A DNA stretch of 64,000 nucleotides from the IMG/VR virus record IMGVR_UViG_3300042475_004151; one strand, given 5' to 3'. Made by a program: the position numbers and the translations under genes. The notes below the pieces were generated by a model, which was not told where the DNA came from, made no database searches, and worked only from the letters and a program-made list of their open reading frames with translations. Source of the DNA: a virus. This document shows, in pieces, positions 1 through 9,325 of this stretch. Numbering within the stretch: position 1 is the stretch's first letter; each line of letters opens with the position of its first letter.

Positions 1-197
1 TAGTCTCTAAAGTCTGCGGTTAATAATTTAACTAGAGTTTCTTGTAGTGAAGGATATTTCTGTAATATGAATTCTAATGGATTAGATTCATAAGTTAGTT
101 CTTGAGGAGCAGGAGCAGTAGTAACATCCAATTGTTGATCTATTACTTCATCTTCTACTTCTTTAAGTGGTTTAGATCTTAATATTTTAATCTTCAT
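1..197 (-). CDS. Hypothetical protein, truncated by left window edge (MKIKILRSKPLKE...)
   Basis: ATG at 197-195, frame open to the window edge; not in the ORF track. Confidence 0.7.
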   Translation of the reverse strand, partial: MKIKILRSKPLKEVEDEVIDQQLDVTTAPAPQELTYESNPLEFILQKYPSLQETLVKLLTADFRD

Positions 198-543
198 ATT
201 CGTTATCTAATTTGTGATATCCTTTATTGGCTTGTGAAATATAATTTTCAGAATTGGTGATATGATCTTGAATCCATCCAGGAATATCAAATTCTTCATT
301 TCCTATTTTACTCATTAGTTCTGAAGCAGCTCCTATAATAGATTTTAAACTTGATTGAGCCATAGATACTTCATGGTCTTCACCTTCTTTAGCTACAATT
401 TTAGCTTGTAATTCATCAGGTAAATCTTTTTGTCCACCTTTTAATTCAGGATTATCATCATGTTTGTCAGTGAATGTAGCTTCATCTATTTCTTTAATGG
501 CTTGTTGTAATCGCCAGTTATGCATACTAAAATTGTCTTTCAT
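187..543 (-). CDS. Hypothetical acidic protein, candidate internal head protein
   Basis: Track ORF 187..684 re-started at ATG 543 (MKDNFSMHNWRLQQAIKE), which removes the overlap with 545..913. Confidence 0.65.
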   Translation of the reverse strand: MKDNFSMHNWRLQQAIKEIDEATFTDKHDDNPELKGGQKDLPDELQAKIVAKEGEDHEVSMAQSSLKSIIGAASELMSKIGNEEFDIPGWIQDHITNSENYISQANKGYHKLDNEYED

Positions 544-544
544 A

Positions 545-913
545 TTATTTTGTTTTACCCCAAGTTTTTCCTTTACCTTTTTTCTTACATCCAGCAGGTG
601 TTGGTCTACATGATGGGTATTTTGATCTTTTTTCGCCTTCTTTTCTTCCACAAGATTTATATCCTCCGTTTCCATCAGGAGCATTACAATCTACCCAACC
701 AGTTTCTTTACCTTTAGGACCAGAACGTTTAAACCATTTATGTAATGATTCATCTTCTTTTAAATCTTTCCAAATGTCACCTTTACGGCATCTAACAATA
801 GCTCCTGATTTATAAGCAGATGGTTTATCATAACGTCTATCAGCTATACGATGGCATCTATCTTTTTTCTTTTCAAGAAGTACCTCAATCAATATGTCTA
901 TTAGACGAATCAT
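545..913 (-). CDS. Small basic Cys-containing protein with leader MIRLIDILIE
   Basis: ORF abuts its neighbours; two Lys/Arg/Gly/Cys-rich modules. Confidence 0.7.
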   Translation of the reverse strand: MIRLIDILIEVLLEKKKDRCHRIADRRYDKPSAYKSGAIVRCRKGDIWKDLKEDESLHKWFKRSGPKGKETGWVDCNAPDGNGGYKSCGRKEGEKRSKYPSCRPTPAGCKKKGKGKTWGKTK

Positions 914-1452
914 TATGCTAATAATTTAGTTATATAGTTTTTAACTTCACCACCCTTAACAGCTGTTAATGCTGCTTCTAAAGTAGCTAAAGATATTTCT
1001 TTTGATTGTAAAGCTTTTACAGCTGTAGCACCTGATGCTATAAGTAAAATAGCTATAATGACATGAAATATAAAACTAGAAATCTTTTTAGCTTTATTTT
1101 CATCTTTAACAAATTTTTTAACAACTAACTCAATTGGTTTCATATATAAATGATGTAATTCATCTGCTATACGACTCATTTGAGCAAAATATTTATCTGC
1201 CTCGTTTTGATCAGTTGGTTTAGTACCTATTGTTCTTTTAACAATAGAAGATAAAGATTTACCTAAACGAGCTACTATACCTAGAATAGCAGGTAATGCT
1301 AAAGCTATACTAGCTGTAGTTACAATACCTTCTTTTTGTTCTGTAGCTTTATCTTCAATAGCATCTTGTACACTATCAATAAAAGCACTCATTTGAGGTT
1401 TTACTTGAGCTATAAAACTTGATACTTCGTCTTCTTTAATTCTAATTTTCAT
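913..1452 (-). CDS. Hypothetical protein with two hydrophobic segments
   Basis: ORF; ASIALALPAILGIVA and FIFHVIIAILLIASG. Confidence 0.7.
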   Translation of the reverse strand: MKIRIKEDEVSSFIAQVKPQMSAFIDSVQDAIEDKATEQKEGIVTTASIALALPAILGIVARLGKSLSSIVKRTIGTKPTDQNEADKYFAQMSRIADELHHLYMKPIELVVKKFVKDENKAKKISSFIFHVIIAILLIASGATAVKALQSKEISLATLEAALTAVKGGEVKNYITKLLA

Positions 1453-1453
1453 A

Positions 1454-1741
1454 CTATTTGATTATACGTGCTGTTCTATTTTTTAGATTTTTAAGTATAT
1501 CTCTAAATTGAGCTAATTCAGAATCTTTAGGTGCTTTATCTAAATAATCAACTAAATCATCAAGTCTATTATATAAAAACTTAGGATCAACATCATATTT
1601 AACATCCCATTCATGTCTACCTGTTTCAGGATCAATTTTAGTTAAAGTAGTTTTAACACCAGTAGTTGGATCAGTAACAGTTTTACCAATCTCCTCTTCA
1701 GCAATTTCTTTAACTATATTTTTTAAATCAGATTTTTTCAT
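1454..1741 (-). CDS. Hypothetical protein (leader MKKSDLKNIVKE)
   Basis: ORF; leader shared with 1741..2184. Confidence 0.7.
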   Translation of the reverse strand: MKKSDLKNIVKEIAEEEIGKTVTDPTTGVKTTLTKIDPETGRHEWDVKYDVDPKFLYNRLDDLVDYLDKAPKDSELAQFRDILKNLKNRTARIIK

Positions 1742-2184
1742 TAGTCTTTAGTTACATCTTTTAATTCATCAACTACATCTTTAGTAGCTTTTTTATTTTT
1801 CATGTATTCTTGTACTTTAGATAAAGTTTCTTCTTTCATTTTTCTGTAAGCTTCAGCAGCTACTTTAACTTCATCTTTTTTCTTATCACGCTCAGCTAAT
1901 AGTTTTTCAGCTAATTTTTTAGCTTTAACTTCTTTAGTGAATACACCTTTTATATCTTCTACATTTAAACCGCCTTTAACTTGGTTAGCGAAATAAGCGA
2001 CATCTTTACACTCAAAGCAAATATCGTCTATAGTAGCGCTGGTAGATGGTTTTTCAACCACCCAAAATGCACCTACCTCGTCAGTTTCAGGAGAAAATGC
2101 TTCATTAATTATATCTTCTTCAATCTCAGGTTTTACTTCTTCGATTGCTTCTCTGATTAGTTGTTTTAATTCAGATTTTTTCAT
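1741..2184 (-). CDS. Hypothetical protein (leader MKKSELKQLIRE)
   Basis: ORF; stop/start overlaps with both neighbours. Confidence 0.7.
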   Translation of the reverse strand: MKKSELKQLIREAIEEVKPEIEEDIINEAFSPETDEVGAFWVVEKPSTSATIDDICFECKDVAYFANQVKGGLNVEDIKGVFTKEVKAKKLAEKLLAERDKKKDEVKVAAEAYRKMKEETLSKVQEYMKNKKATKDVVDELKDVTKD

Positions 2185-2444
2185 TTTTTATATATTTTTA
2201 ATTTTAAATTTCCTGCGCCTTTTATTGTTCTATGCCACACATGTCGTGGTATAAATATTGGTTGGATCATAGACATTGGTAACTGGTTATCAAGTTGTAT
2301 TAACCAATTAGTATGTTCTATAGCTTCAACCAATCTATTTTCATCATCTCGATGCCACATTAATTCTATAGGATCAATGTTTTCATCAAATTCCCTAATT
2401 ATATATTCATCTGTCACAACTAAGTCCACATAAGGTTGACTCAT
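2181..2444 (-). CDS. Small cupin-like protein
   Basis: WHRDxExR and IFIPRHVWHRTIKG match the two cupin metal-binding motifs. Confidence 0.6.
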   Translation of the reverse strand: MSQPYVDLVVTDEYIIREFDENIDPIELMWHRDDENRLVEAIEHTNWLIQLDNQLPMSMIQPIFIPRHVWHRTIKGAGNLKLKIYKK

Positions 2445-2446
2445 TA

Positions 2447-2764
2447 TTATTTATTTTCTATTAATAATTCACCTAATACCTCTAAACGTCCCATTTCAGT
2501 TTGAAATTCATTTTGAGACATATCTAATGAAATACTTTTTAAAGTTTTATTAAATTCCTCTTTAGCTATTTCTTTATCTAATTTACCATCCGCTGCTTTT
2601 TTGTAATATGGTAATTTAACTTTGTAGTGCTTATAAGTTAATAAAGATAATCCACCAGCTTCTTGAGTAGTGTCAGCAATTTTTTCAGCACCTTTTAGTC
2701 TAGTACTAGCAAAATCTTCAATACTTTCTTTTACTTCTTTTAATATGTTTATTAGTTTTATCAT
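2447..2764 (-). CDS. Hypothetical protein (leader MIKLINILKE)
   Basis: ORF re-started at ATG 2764, just after the stop of 2766..3413. Confidence 0.65.
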   Translation of the reverse strand: MIKLINILKEVKESIEDFASTRLKGAEKIADTTQEAGGLSLLTYKHYKVKLPYYKKAADGKLDKEIAKEEFNKTLKSISLDMSQNEFQTEMGRLEVLGELLIENK

Positions 2765-2765
2765 A

Positions 2766-3413
2766 TTACCAAAATCCACTAAATGTTGTTTTGAATCCTA
2801 ATAATTTAGCATAGCGAGGTAAACGACAACTCCAATATGATGCTTTGGTTCTGTCTTTTTTCTGTGGACAATTATGGCGTTTAGAAAACGCTTGTCTTGC
2901 TTTAGGATTGTTGAGCTTTGCTCTTAATCCTCCACCTGCCATTCCAAATGATACTTTTTTTATTTTATCTTTATCCTTAACATACACATAGAATTTTTTA
3001 GCACCACCACGTTTAGGTTTACCTATAGCAGGTTGTTTTTTTTCTTCTTCTAAAGCTTCTATTAAAAATTCCTCAGTCAGAGGTAAATCTAATGGAACCA
3101 TTATATCATTATACATTCCAAACTTACCAATATCTGTATTATCAAAATAATACTTATCAGCTTCACATAATTGTAAGCGTTTAGATTCATATAATCCTCT
3201 AGCTTCAACAAATAATTTTAAAAACATTGCTGATTGAGGACGATAAATTGATTCATGAAGTGGTAAATTACTTTCTATATGATAAAACATACCTTCAGAA
3301 AGGAAAATTGGTTCTTTATTTTCAGTTATGTTAAGTTTAGGACCATGATTATGTTCTTTTCCTACATAATCAATGATCTTAGCTATATGTTCTGATAGTT
3401 GTATTGAGTTCAT
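2766..3413 (-). CDS. Phage protein with basic C-terminal domain
   Basis: ORF; KKFYVYV..KKVSFG..FSKRHNC..YWSC motif recalled from large-phage proteins. Confidence 0.65.
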   Translation of the reverse strand: MNSIQLSEHIAKIIDYVGKEHNHGPKLNITENKEPIFLSEGMFYHIESNLPLHESIYRPQSAMFLKLFVEARGLYESKRLQLCEADKYYFDNTDIGKFGMYNDIMVPLDLPLTEEFLIEALEEEKKQPAIGKPKRGGAKKFYVYVKDKDKIKKVSFGMAGGGLRAKLNNPKARQAFSKRHNCPQKKDRTKASYWSCRLPRYAKLLGFKTTFSGFW

Positions 3414-3440
3414 TATTTATTAATAGTAAAGTTAATGGGA

Positions 3441-3773
3441 TTACTTTAATTTTATTGTTGTATCTTTTTGTAATTTCATATCAAAAGTAAGTATTGTTAC
3501 TCCTGGTTCAAAATATTTTTTATTAACCCATATTTCTTTTATTGAGCCTATATAATCAACTTTAAACGGAATATTTTTACTTGTTAAAAGTTCATTTACA
3601 ATTTTATAACGTGGACTTTTATTTTTAGGTTTTCTTTCAATCCAAACAGAATCACCTACATTAAACCAAATATCAAATCCCCATTCACTTAAAGTATCAA
3701 TATCATTTTGATTTAGTTTATTAGTTTTAACTTCATTTATTAATGATTCTTTTAAAATGTCTATTAGTTTCAT
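3441..3773 (-). CDS. Hypothetical protein (leader MKLIDILKE)
   Basis: ORF re-started at ATG 3773. Confidence 0.6.
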   Translation of the reverse strand: MKLIDILKESLINEVKTNKLNQNDIDTLSEWGFDIWFNVGDSVWIERKPKNKSPRYKIVNELLTSKNIPFKVDYIGSIKEIWVNKKYFEPGVTILTFDMKLQKDTTIKLK

Positions 3774-3774
3774 A

Positions 3775-4101
3775 TTAATAAGGTTTTGTAGTAGTTGCTT
3801 TAGGTACAGTTTGGAATTCAACTACACCTTCTATGTTTTTAATCTGGTCAATAATTTTATTAATACCAGCTTTAGTATCACTACCTAATGAATGGGTATC
3901 AATTTTAACATCAATTTGTGCCTCATATCTTAACTGATTTTCAGCTGATATGTTAGGTTGAGAAGCTTGTGAATTAACAATTGTAACACCTGGTAATGAA
4001 CGAATAGCAGATAAAATATCTGTTTGTTTCTTTACTTTTGTATTAGTAATTAATTTACCAACTATTTGAAATTGTTTATCTTCAATTATGCGAATCCTCA
4101 T
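3775..4101 (-). CDS. Hypothetical protein (leader MRIRIIE)
   Basis: ORF, coupled to the upstream gene. Confidence 0.65.
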   Translation of the reverse strand: MRIRIIEDKQFQIVGKLITNTKVKKQTDILSAIRSLPGVTIVNSQASQPNISAENQLRYEAQIDVKIDTHSLGSDTKAGINKIIDQIKNIEGVVEFQTVPKATTTKPY

Positions 4102-4652
4102 TAATGTAAAAATTTAAGTTTGTACTTAGTTGATTCAATTAATGATACTACTTCATCAACTTGGTTTTGTATGTATGAATCTTGTGGTAATACGTTACGA
4201 TTTTTTTCAACGTACATACATAACGCTTCAAAATACTTAACTACACTACCTTCATCTTCCATCCATATACTTTCACTTTTATATCCTCTTAAGATACCAT
4301 AACGGCCTTGATATGATTCAATAATACCATCTACTAAACCTACAATTTCATCATAATATGTGTTTAATGCAGAATGAGCAGCAAATGATGGTGTTTGTAA
4401 ATGAAATATATGAGCCTGTGTACGGGAAGCAAAAAGTGTTGACACAAAATTTGCCATCGTATTTGATGGTTCTGGTATTTCAATAGAAATTTCTGGTTGA
4501 TCAGGGTTAATTGTAGAAATATCAAATCTTTCTTTTAATTCAGCAGCGTATAATGCTTTCATGTATTTTTCAGCTGTGTCTGTATCTTTAGAACAGCCAA
4601 CTTTGGCGCCTGTTTCTTTATATACACAATTTCCTTTACGTTTGTATGGCAT
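4101..4652 (-). CDS. Ferritin/Dps-like four-helix protein with basic N-terminal module
   Basis: QAHIFHLQT..FAAHSALNTYYD..DGIIESYQG..YKLKFL pattern of phage Dps-like proteins. Confidence 0.65.
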   Translation of the reverse strand: MPYKRKGNCVYKETGAKVGCSKDTDTAEKYMKALYAAELKERFDISTINPDQPEISIEIPEPSNTMANFVSTLFASRTQAHIFHLQTPSFAAHSALNTYYDEIVGLVDGIIESYQGRYGILRGYKSESIWMEDEGSVVKYFEALCMYVEKNRNVLPQDSYIQNQVDEVVSLIESTKYKLKFLH

Positions 4653-4682
4653 TTTATATAGTTTTTATCCTATATAAATATA

Positions 4683-5258
4683 TTACAATTGCTGTTCACG
4701 TAACTTTTTAATATATTCTTTAACGTTTTTTATTTCATCATCATTAATTTTACCTCCACCCCATGATTCAATTACACCCTGCTCATTTATATATGATTCA
4801 TTTTTAGTTGATAAAAAATTATTAACAGCTTCTTCAAAATCATTAATCATAGCATCTTTATTAGTATTCATCATTGATTTTTCATACTCATTCCACTTGC
4901 CACTAATTTTAATTTTAGTTTCCATATCTACAACACAATCAAAACACATTTTATGTATAGTCCACATTTTCTTATTATACTCATTTATTTTCATTGGATT
5001 GTTACAATGAGGACAAGAGATAGGCATAACAAATAGACGTTTTAAAGTGTCATATTTTGTGACTGTTTGTTTAATACCATTTTTAATAGTCCAAACTTTA
5101 CCTGTATCTTCCCAAATGTCACCTTCTTGATAATCAATATGTTGTTTTGTATAACCTATTTGAGTACCTACAGAACCGCCAGAATTACCTGTAATAATAT
5201 TTCTCATTCTCTGTACATCACGTTTAGAGAATTCTTTTTTTAATTGATTTTCATTCAT
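4683..5258 (-). CDS. Zn-finger-containing hypothetical protein
   Basis: CPHC...CFDC. Confidence 0.6.
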   Translation of the reverse strand: MNENQLKKEFSKRDVQRMRNIITGNSGGSVGTQIGYTKQHIDYQEGDIWEDTGKVWTIKNGIKQTVTKYDTLKRLFVMPISCPHCNNPMKINEYNKKMWTIHKMCFDCVVDMETKIKISGKWNEYEKSMMNTNKDAMINDFEEAVNNFLSTKNESYINEQGVIESWGGGKINDDEIKNVKEYIKKLREQQL

Positions 5259-7219
5259 AAACCTAAATCTTGTAACTGTTTTATTGTGTCAGCAGTTGAT
5301 GTATGATGTATTCCTACACCACCAGCATCTTTCCATCTTTGAATATTATCTGCTCTATCGTCTATTAATATAGCATTTGGTTTTGCAAATTGTTGTTTTT
5401 GTTCAGCTGCTCTTAATATAAGTTTAGTACCAGGCATATTTCTTTTTACCCAAACAAATTTACCTATTTTAGATGACTCATCTCTTGATGGTGCTGATAG
5501 TAATTCAGGATTGTATTTGTCTATATAATTCCATAATTGTTTTCCATCAGGCATCCATTTTAATTTAATCCAAAATGCAGCACCTGCTTTTTGAATAGGT
5601 TCCCAAAATTGTTTAGGATCAGTACTAAAACTAGCTTCTGTACCAGTTAGATCTTTATATCCTTTATCAAAATCAACTAATACACCATCCATATCACAGT
5701 ATATCTTATATTCTTTATTTTCAGTTTTAACTGCTTCAAATATCTCAGGTTTATATTGACCAAATTGTCTTAATAAAACACCAGCGGCGGCATTAGCTTC
5801 ATTCTCAATTGGTGAACCTGTTGCCCCATCATCTTGTGTTAATGGTTTTAATTCAGCTTGTTTACGATGTACTAATTCATGAGCTAATGTGCGTAAAATA
5901 TCAGCTGTCATTCTTGATCCTCTAACAACTAATAATTTACCTGTGTCTGGTCTGTAAGAACCTAATGAATGCATTTGTTTAGCTACATCTTCATCATCTG
6001 TAAATTCAATTTCAGGTATATCTTGTAATTCAAGTGCTTTAGTGGCAAAATCTATAAAATCACTTACTATATCTGTTTCATTTTCTTCTAGTCCTGCTTT
6101 ATTTAATTTAGAGTAATATTTTGGATCTTCACCTAAATGAGCTAAAGCTATTTTTTTAGCTATTTTTTCATCAGTAGTGTGTTCTTTTTCTGTTTTAATT
6201 CCTTTCTTTAATTCTTCAGGATCAACATCTTTTTCATCTACTGTAGGAACATCAAGTTGAAGTTCAGTTAATGATTTTTGCCACCATTTAATAGTGAATA
6301 AATCTTCTTCAACATTAATCGGTATATTATGTTTAGATAAATATTTAAGTACTTGCTCACGCTGTGTCGGACTATCTCCTAAATTAGGAATCAACATACG
6401 TCTTTCTTGTCCGTCAAATGCATGTTGAGAATATTCAAATGGTATTAATAATGTATTAAGAAAGTTTTCTATTTTTGGAGTTAATTTATAAGGTACTCTT
6501 ATAATTAATTGACCATCTTGTTGATTTTCTTGTAATTGGTCAATACTTAATACTGGTATTCCTAATATATTGAGTATATCATCAAAATCACCTTTCTGAA
6601 TTACTACATCAGGAAAACATCCTTTAAGTAATTCAATATTGTTTAAATATTCATTTTTAGCTTTTGAATACTCAGTTGATTCTTTATCTGGAGTTGATCT
6701 TATTTGTAGTACTGATTGTTTTATTTTATCTATTACTTCACGAACTTGAGTTCCTGATAGTCTTTTATTTTGTGATACTACTTTTTCATTAACAGATATA
6801 GGCATTACTCTTGTACCAAATGCTTTTTGTAATGAAACAAAGTATTGTTGATCTTCAACTTCTTCTTTAGCGCCAGCTACATACGCTATTAGTTCTAAGT
6901 CATTATCCATTCTAGAAAAAATATCTTTAATTGGAGAAGCATTTTTAGATACTTCAACAGAAACTTTAGCCATAGGTGAAGCTGCTAAATATAAGTCCCA
7001 AATACGTTTACTCATACTTGCTGTTATACCATCACGTTCTTTTTGTCCAATTAAAACTATTACTTTAGTAACATATGATCTTGAAGCTAAATCTTTCATA
7101 GACTCATAATGTCCTTCATGTGGTGGTTTAAATCCACCTGGATAGAAACAAATAGCTGGTGGTGTAGCATTTTCACCTTCCTCGTTTAGTTCACTTAGTA
7201 TAGTATTTAGATCAATCAT
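5255..7219 (-). CDS. Multidomain protein: HIGH-type nucleotidyltransferase, small helical domain, HExxH zincin and HAD 5'(3')-deoxyribonucleotidase-like domain
   Basis: PGGFKPPHEGH; KGIKTEKEHT..AHLGEDPKYY; LRTLAHELVH..ENEANA; IYCDMDGVLVDF..LIDDR. Confidence 0.8.
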   Translation of the reverse strand: MIDLNTILSELNEEGENATPPAICFYPGGFKPPHEGHYESMKDLASRSYVTKVIVLIGQKERDGITASMSKRIWDLYLAASPMAKVSVEVSKNASPIKDIFSRMDNDLELIAYVAGAKEEVEDQQYFVSLQKAFGTRVMPISVNEKVVSQNKRLSGTQVREVIDKIKQSVLQIRSTPDKESTEYSKAKNEYLNNIELLKGCFPDVVIQKGDFDDILNILGIPVLSIDQLQENQQDGQLIIRVPYKLTPKIENFLNTLLIPFEYSQHAFDGQERRMLIPNLGDSPTQREQVLKYLSKHNIPINVEEDLFTIKWWQKSLTELQLDVPTVDEKDVDPEELKKGIKTEKEHTTDEKIAKKIALAHLGEDPKYYSKLNKAGLEENETDIVSDFIDFATKALELQDIPEIEFTDDEDVAKQMHSLGSYRPDTGKLLVVRGSRMTADILRTLAHELVHRKQAELKPLTQDDGATGSPIENEANAAAGVLLRQFGQYKPEIFEAVKTENKEYKIYCDMDGVLVDFDKGYKDLTGTEASFSTDPKQFWEPIQKAGAAFWIKLKWMPDGKQLWNYIDKYNPELLSAPSRDESSKIGKFVWVKRNMPGTKLILRAAEQKQQFAKPNAILIDDRADNIQRWKDAGGVGIHHTSTADTIKQLQDLGL

Positions 7220-7941
7220 TTAATAAATTCTTTTACTTTAGTAACAGCTGTAGATGCTGGTGTAAATTTTGGTTTTTGTTTAAGTGCTGATTTGATATCT
7301 TTATTTATTTGTTCAACATCAGCTTTTGATTTAGCTTGTTCTTCAGGTGTTTTTGGTTTACCTTTTGCTTTTGATGTGTCAAAAAATCTACGTTTAATTT
7401 CATTTTCATCAAAATCAATTTCAGCGTCTTTAGGATCATTGTTAATGATAACTAAATTATCACCAAATGCTTGTTGATATGTTTCAATATTATTACTAAT
7501 ATCTCTCCAGGTTCTTAAAACAATACCAGGCATTAATGAACGATCTCTATTAGCATTACGTTCAAGTGATGTTATAGGAGATACATAAATCATAATCATC
7601 ATTGTCTCATATCCTAGTGTTTCTAGTTCTTCTTTCTTTTTGAGAAGTGGTCTAGAAGCCGCTCCAGTACCGTCAATAATAACATCGTTAAGATTAGATA
7701 ATACATCCGTGTATTTTTCTTTAGTTGCTTTTTGAGCTACAGCCATTAATTTAGCTGCTTGAGATAACTGTTCAGGATCAAAATCTTTTTGTTTCATTCC
7801 TATTCCTGATGCTTTAAGTAATTCTTCATAGGTGTCGTCAACATTTATTATTTTAAATTTTGACAATGGTAAAGATTTGGCTATAAATGATTTACCAGCT
7901 CCAGCAGGTCCAGCTAAAAATATTGATTGTGGTGTACTCAT
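7216..7941 (-). CDS. P-loop kinase (zeta-toxin/AAA_33-like)
   Basis: AGPAGAGKS Walker A, INVDD, IIDGTG, SLERNANRDR lid. Confidence 0.75.
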   Translation of the reverse strand: MSTPQSIFLAGPAGAGKSFIAKSLPLSKFKIINVDDTYEELLKASGIGMKQKDFDPEQLSQAAKLMAVAQKATKEKYTDVLSNLNDVIIDGTGAASRPLLKKKEELETLGYETMMIMIYVSPITSLERNANRDRSLMPGIVLRTWRDISNNIETYQQAFGDNLVIINNDPKDAEIDFDENEIKRRFFDTSKAKGKPKTPEEQAKSKADVEQINKDIKSALKQKPKFTPASTAVTKVKEFIK

Positions 7942-8471
7942 TATTTACCTGTTACTACTATTGGTGTGTTAGGAGCAATTAATTCTATTTCTTCTGGTTT
8001 AAGCGAATTGGCTAATTTAGTGTTAAAATCTGCCACATATTTATCTAAATTTAACTCACTTGCTTTATCATAGATTGCTCTTAATTCTTTATTTTTAAAA
8101 CCATCTATATCAATTTCTCCTGAACCATTTAATCCTGGAGATATTTTTACTCCTTCTCCATTTTGAGTTTGTACTATAAGATTATTTCCAACCCATGGTT
8201 TTTTCCATTTATTATCACTTGATTTAATTTGAACTACTAAACCTTTATTTTTATATTTTTTATCCCATAGACTATCACATGATACTCTAATATTTGATGG
8301 TTCAATTTCTAATTTAACTGCTATATTATTAATAAATTTTTCAAGAACAGTAGCAATTTTATCATATAATGCTTGTGTTTCTGATGGTGCTTGAAATGGA
8401 TAAATTTCAGCTTGTCCTTCATTAATTCCAGCTAATTGCCGCATTCTTTTAACTTCATTAAGTTGTTTCAT
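7941..8471 (-). CDS. Hypothetical protein (leader MKQLNEVKRMRQLAGINE)
   Basis: ORF; leader duplicated in 8507..8791. Confidence 0.7.
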   Translation of the reverse strand: MKQLNEVKRMRQLAGINEGQAEIYPFQAPSETQALYDKIATVLEKFINNIAVKLEIEPSNIRVSCDSLWDKKYKNKGLVVQIKSSDNKWKKPWVGNNLIVQTQNGEGVKISPGLNGSGEIDIDGFKNKELRAIYDKASELNLDKYVADFNTKLANSLKPEEIELIAPNTPIVVTGK

Positions 8472-8506
8472 TATATATATAATTTATCTAGTAGTTTAAT
8501 CATTTA

Positions 8507-8791
8507 TTATTTTACAATAGAAGGTAAATAAGTAGCACCTTTATACCATCTTTTAGAAATTTTATGTTCTTCTCCCTTTTTATCTTTCACTGTAAAAGTT
8601 GATGGATTAATTTTAATAACAGTTCCTATCTGTTTTTCACCTGTTGTTCCTATATTTTGTAAAGGTACATTTAGATAAAATTTTACTTTATCTCCAATTT
8701 TTACATCAAGTGTTATAAAATCTGTTTCTTTAGATTCAATAATAATCCCAGCCAATTGCTGCATTCTTTTAACTTCGTTAAGTTGTTTCAT
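8507..8791 (-). CDS. Hypothetical SH3/KOW-like protein (leader MKQLNEVKRMQQLAGIIIE)
   Basis: VKIGDKVKF..GTVIKI beta pattern; late motif upstream. Confidence 0.6.
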   Translation of the reverse strand: MKQLNEVKRMQQLAGIIIESKETDFITLDVKIGDKVKFYLNVPLQNIGTTGEKQIGTVIKINPSTFTVKDKKGEEHKISKRWYKGATYLPSIVK

Positions 8792-8818
8792 TACATTATA
8801 GTTTTATATCAATAAATA

Positions 8819-9301
8819 TTAAATAGTTTTACTTGGGCGCCCACGTTTACCTCCAGTTGGAACATACACAATTGATTTTTTTACGGTTGGGTCCATTTTT
8901 GGTCGACCACGTTTACCGCCAGTTTTGACATAAACTGTAACTTCTTTTTTAAGTGTTGGATCCATTTTTGGTCTACCACGTTTACCTGTGCCTGTACTTG
9001 TACGTATTTTTTCAGCTTTAACTTTACGTTCAAAATATCGAGGATGGATAATAAGTGAATCTAGAAAAAATGCGCGTCTGGCTCCACCTTCATCTACACA
9101 TTCATATCCACCGCCTTTCCATCCTGGTGTGCCATCTTGGTGTGTACGGACATAATAAAATTTACCACCATTATCATTTTCATAATAAGTAGCTGGTAGT
9201 ACTTCAATACCTGATGTGAAGTTTAAATACTCTTGTTCTGTATCTTCTACTACATATGCTTTACGTGGATAGATTTGAGCTGGTACTTCTATTACTTTCA
9301 T
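8819..9301 (-). CDS. Protein with three C-terminal AT-hook motifs
   Basis: GKRGRPK, GKRGRPK, GKRGRPS in a ~21-aa tandem repeat. Confidence 0.75.
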   Translation of the reverse strand: MKVIEVPAQIYPRKAYVVEDTEQEYLNFTSGIEVLPATYYENDNGGKFYYVRTHQDGTPGWKGGGYECVDEGGARRAFFLDSLIIHPRYFERKVKAEKIRTSTGTGKRGRPKMDPTLKKEVTVYVKTGGKRGRPKMDPTVKKSIVYVPTGGKRGRPSKTI

Positions 9302-9325
9302 AACTTTTATTTTATTTTAGATTAA

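Noticed and set aside
187-684. Track start sites for several ORFs (684, 2779, 3821, 43905, 44355, 47255, 48255, 59968)
   Set aside because: These upstream extensions overlap neighbouring genes or promoter copies; downstream ATGs fit better.
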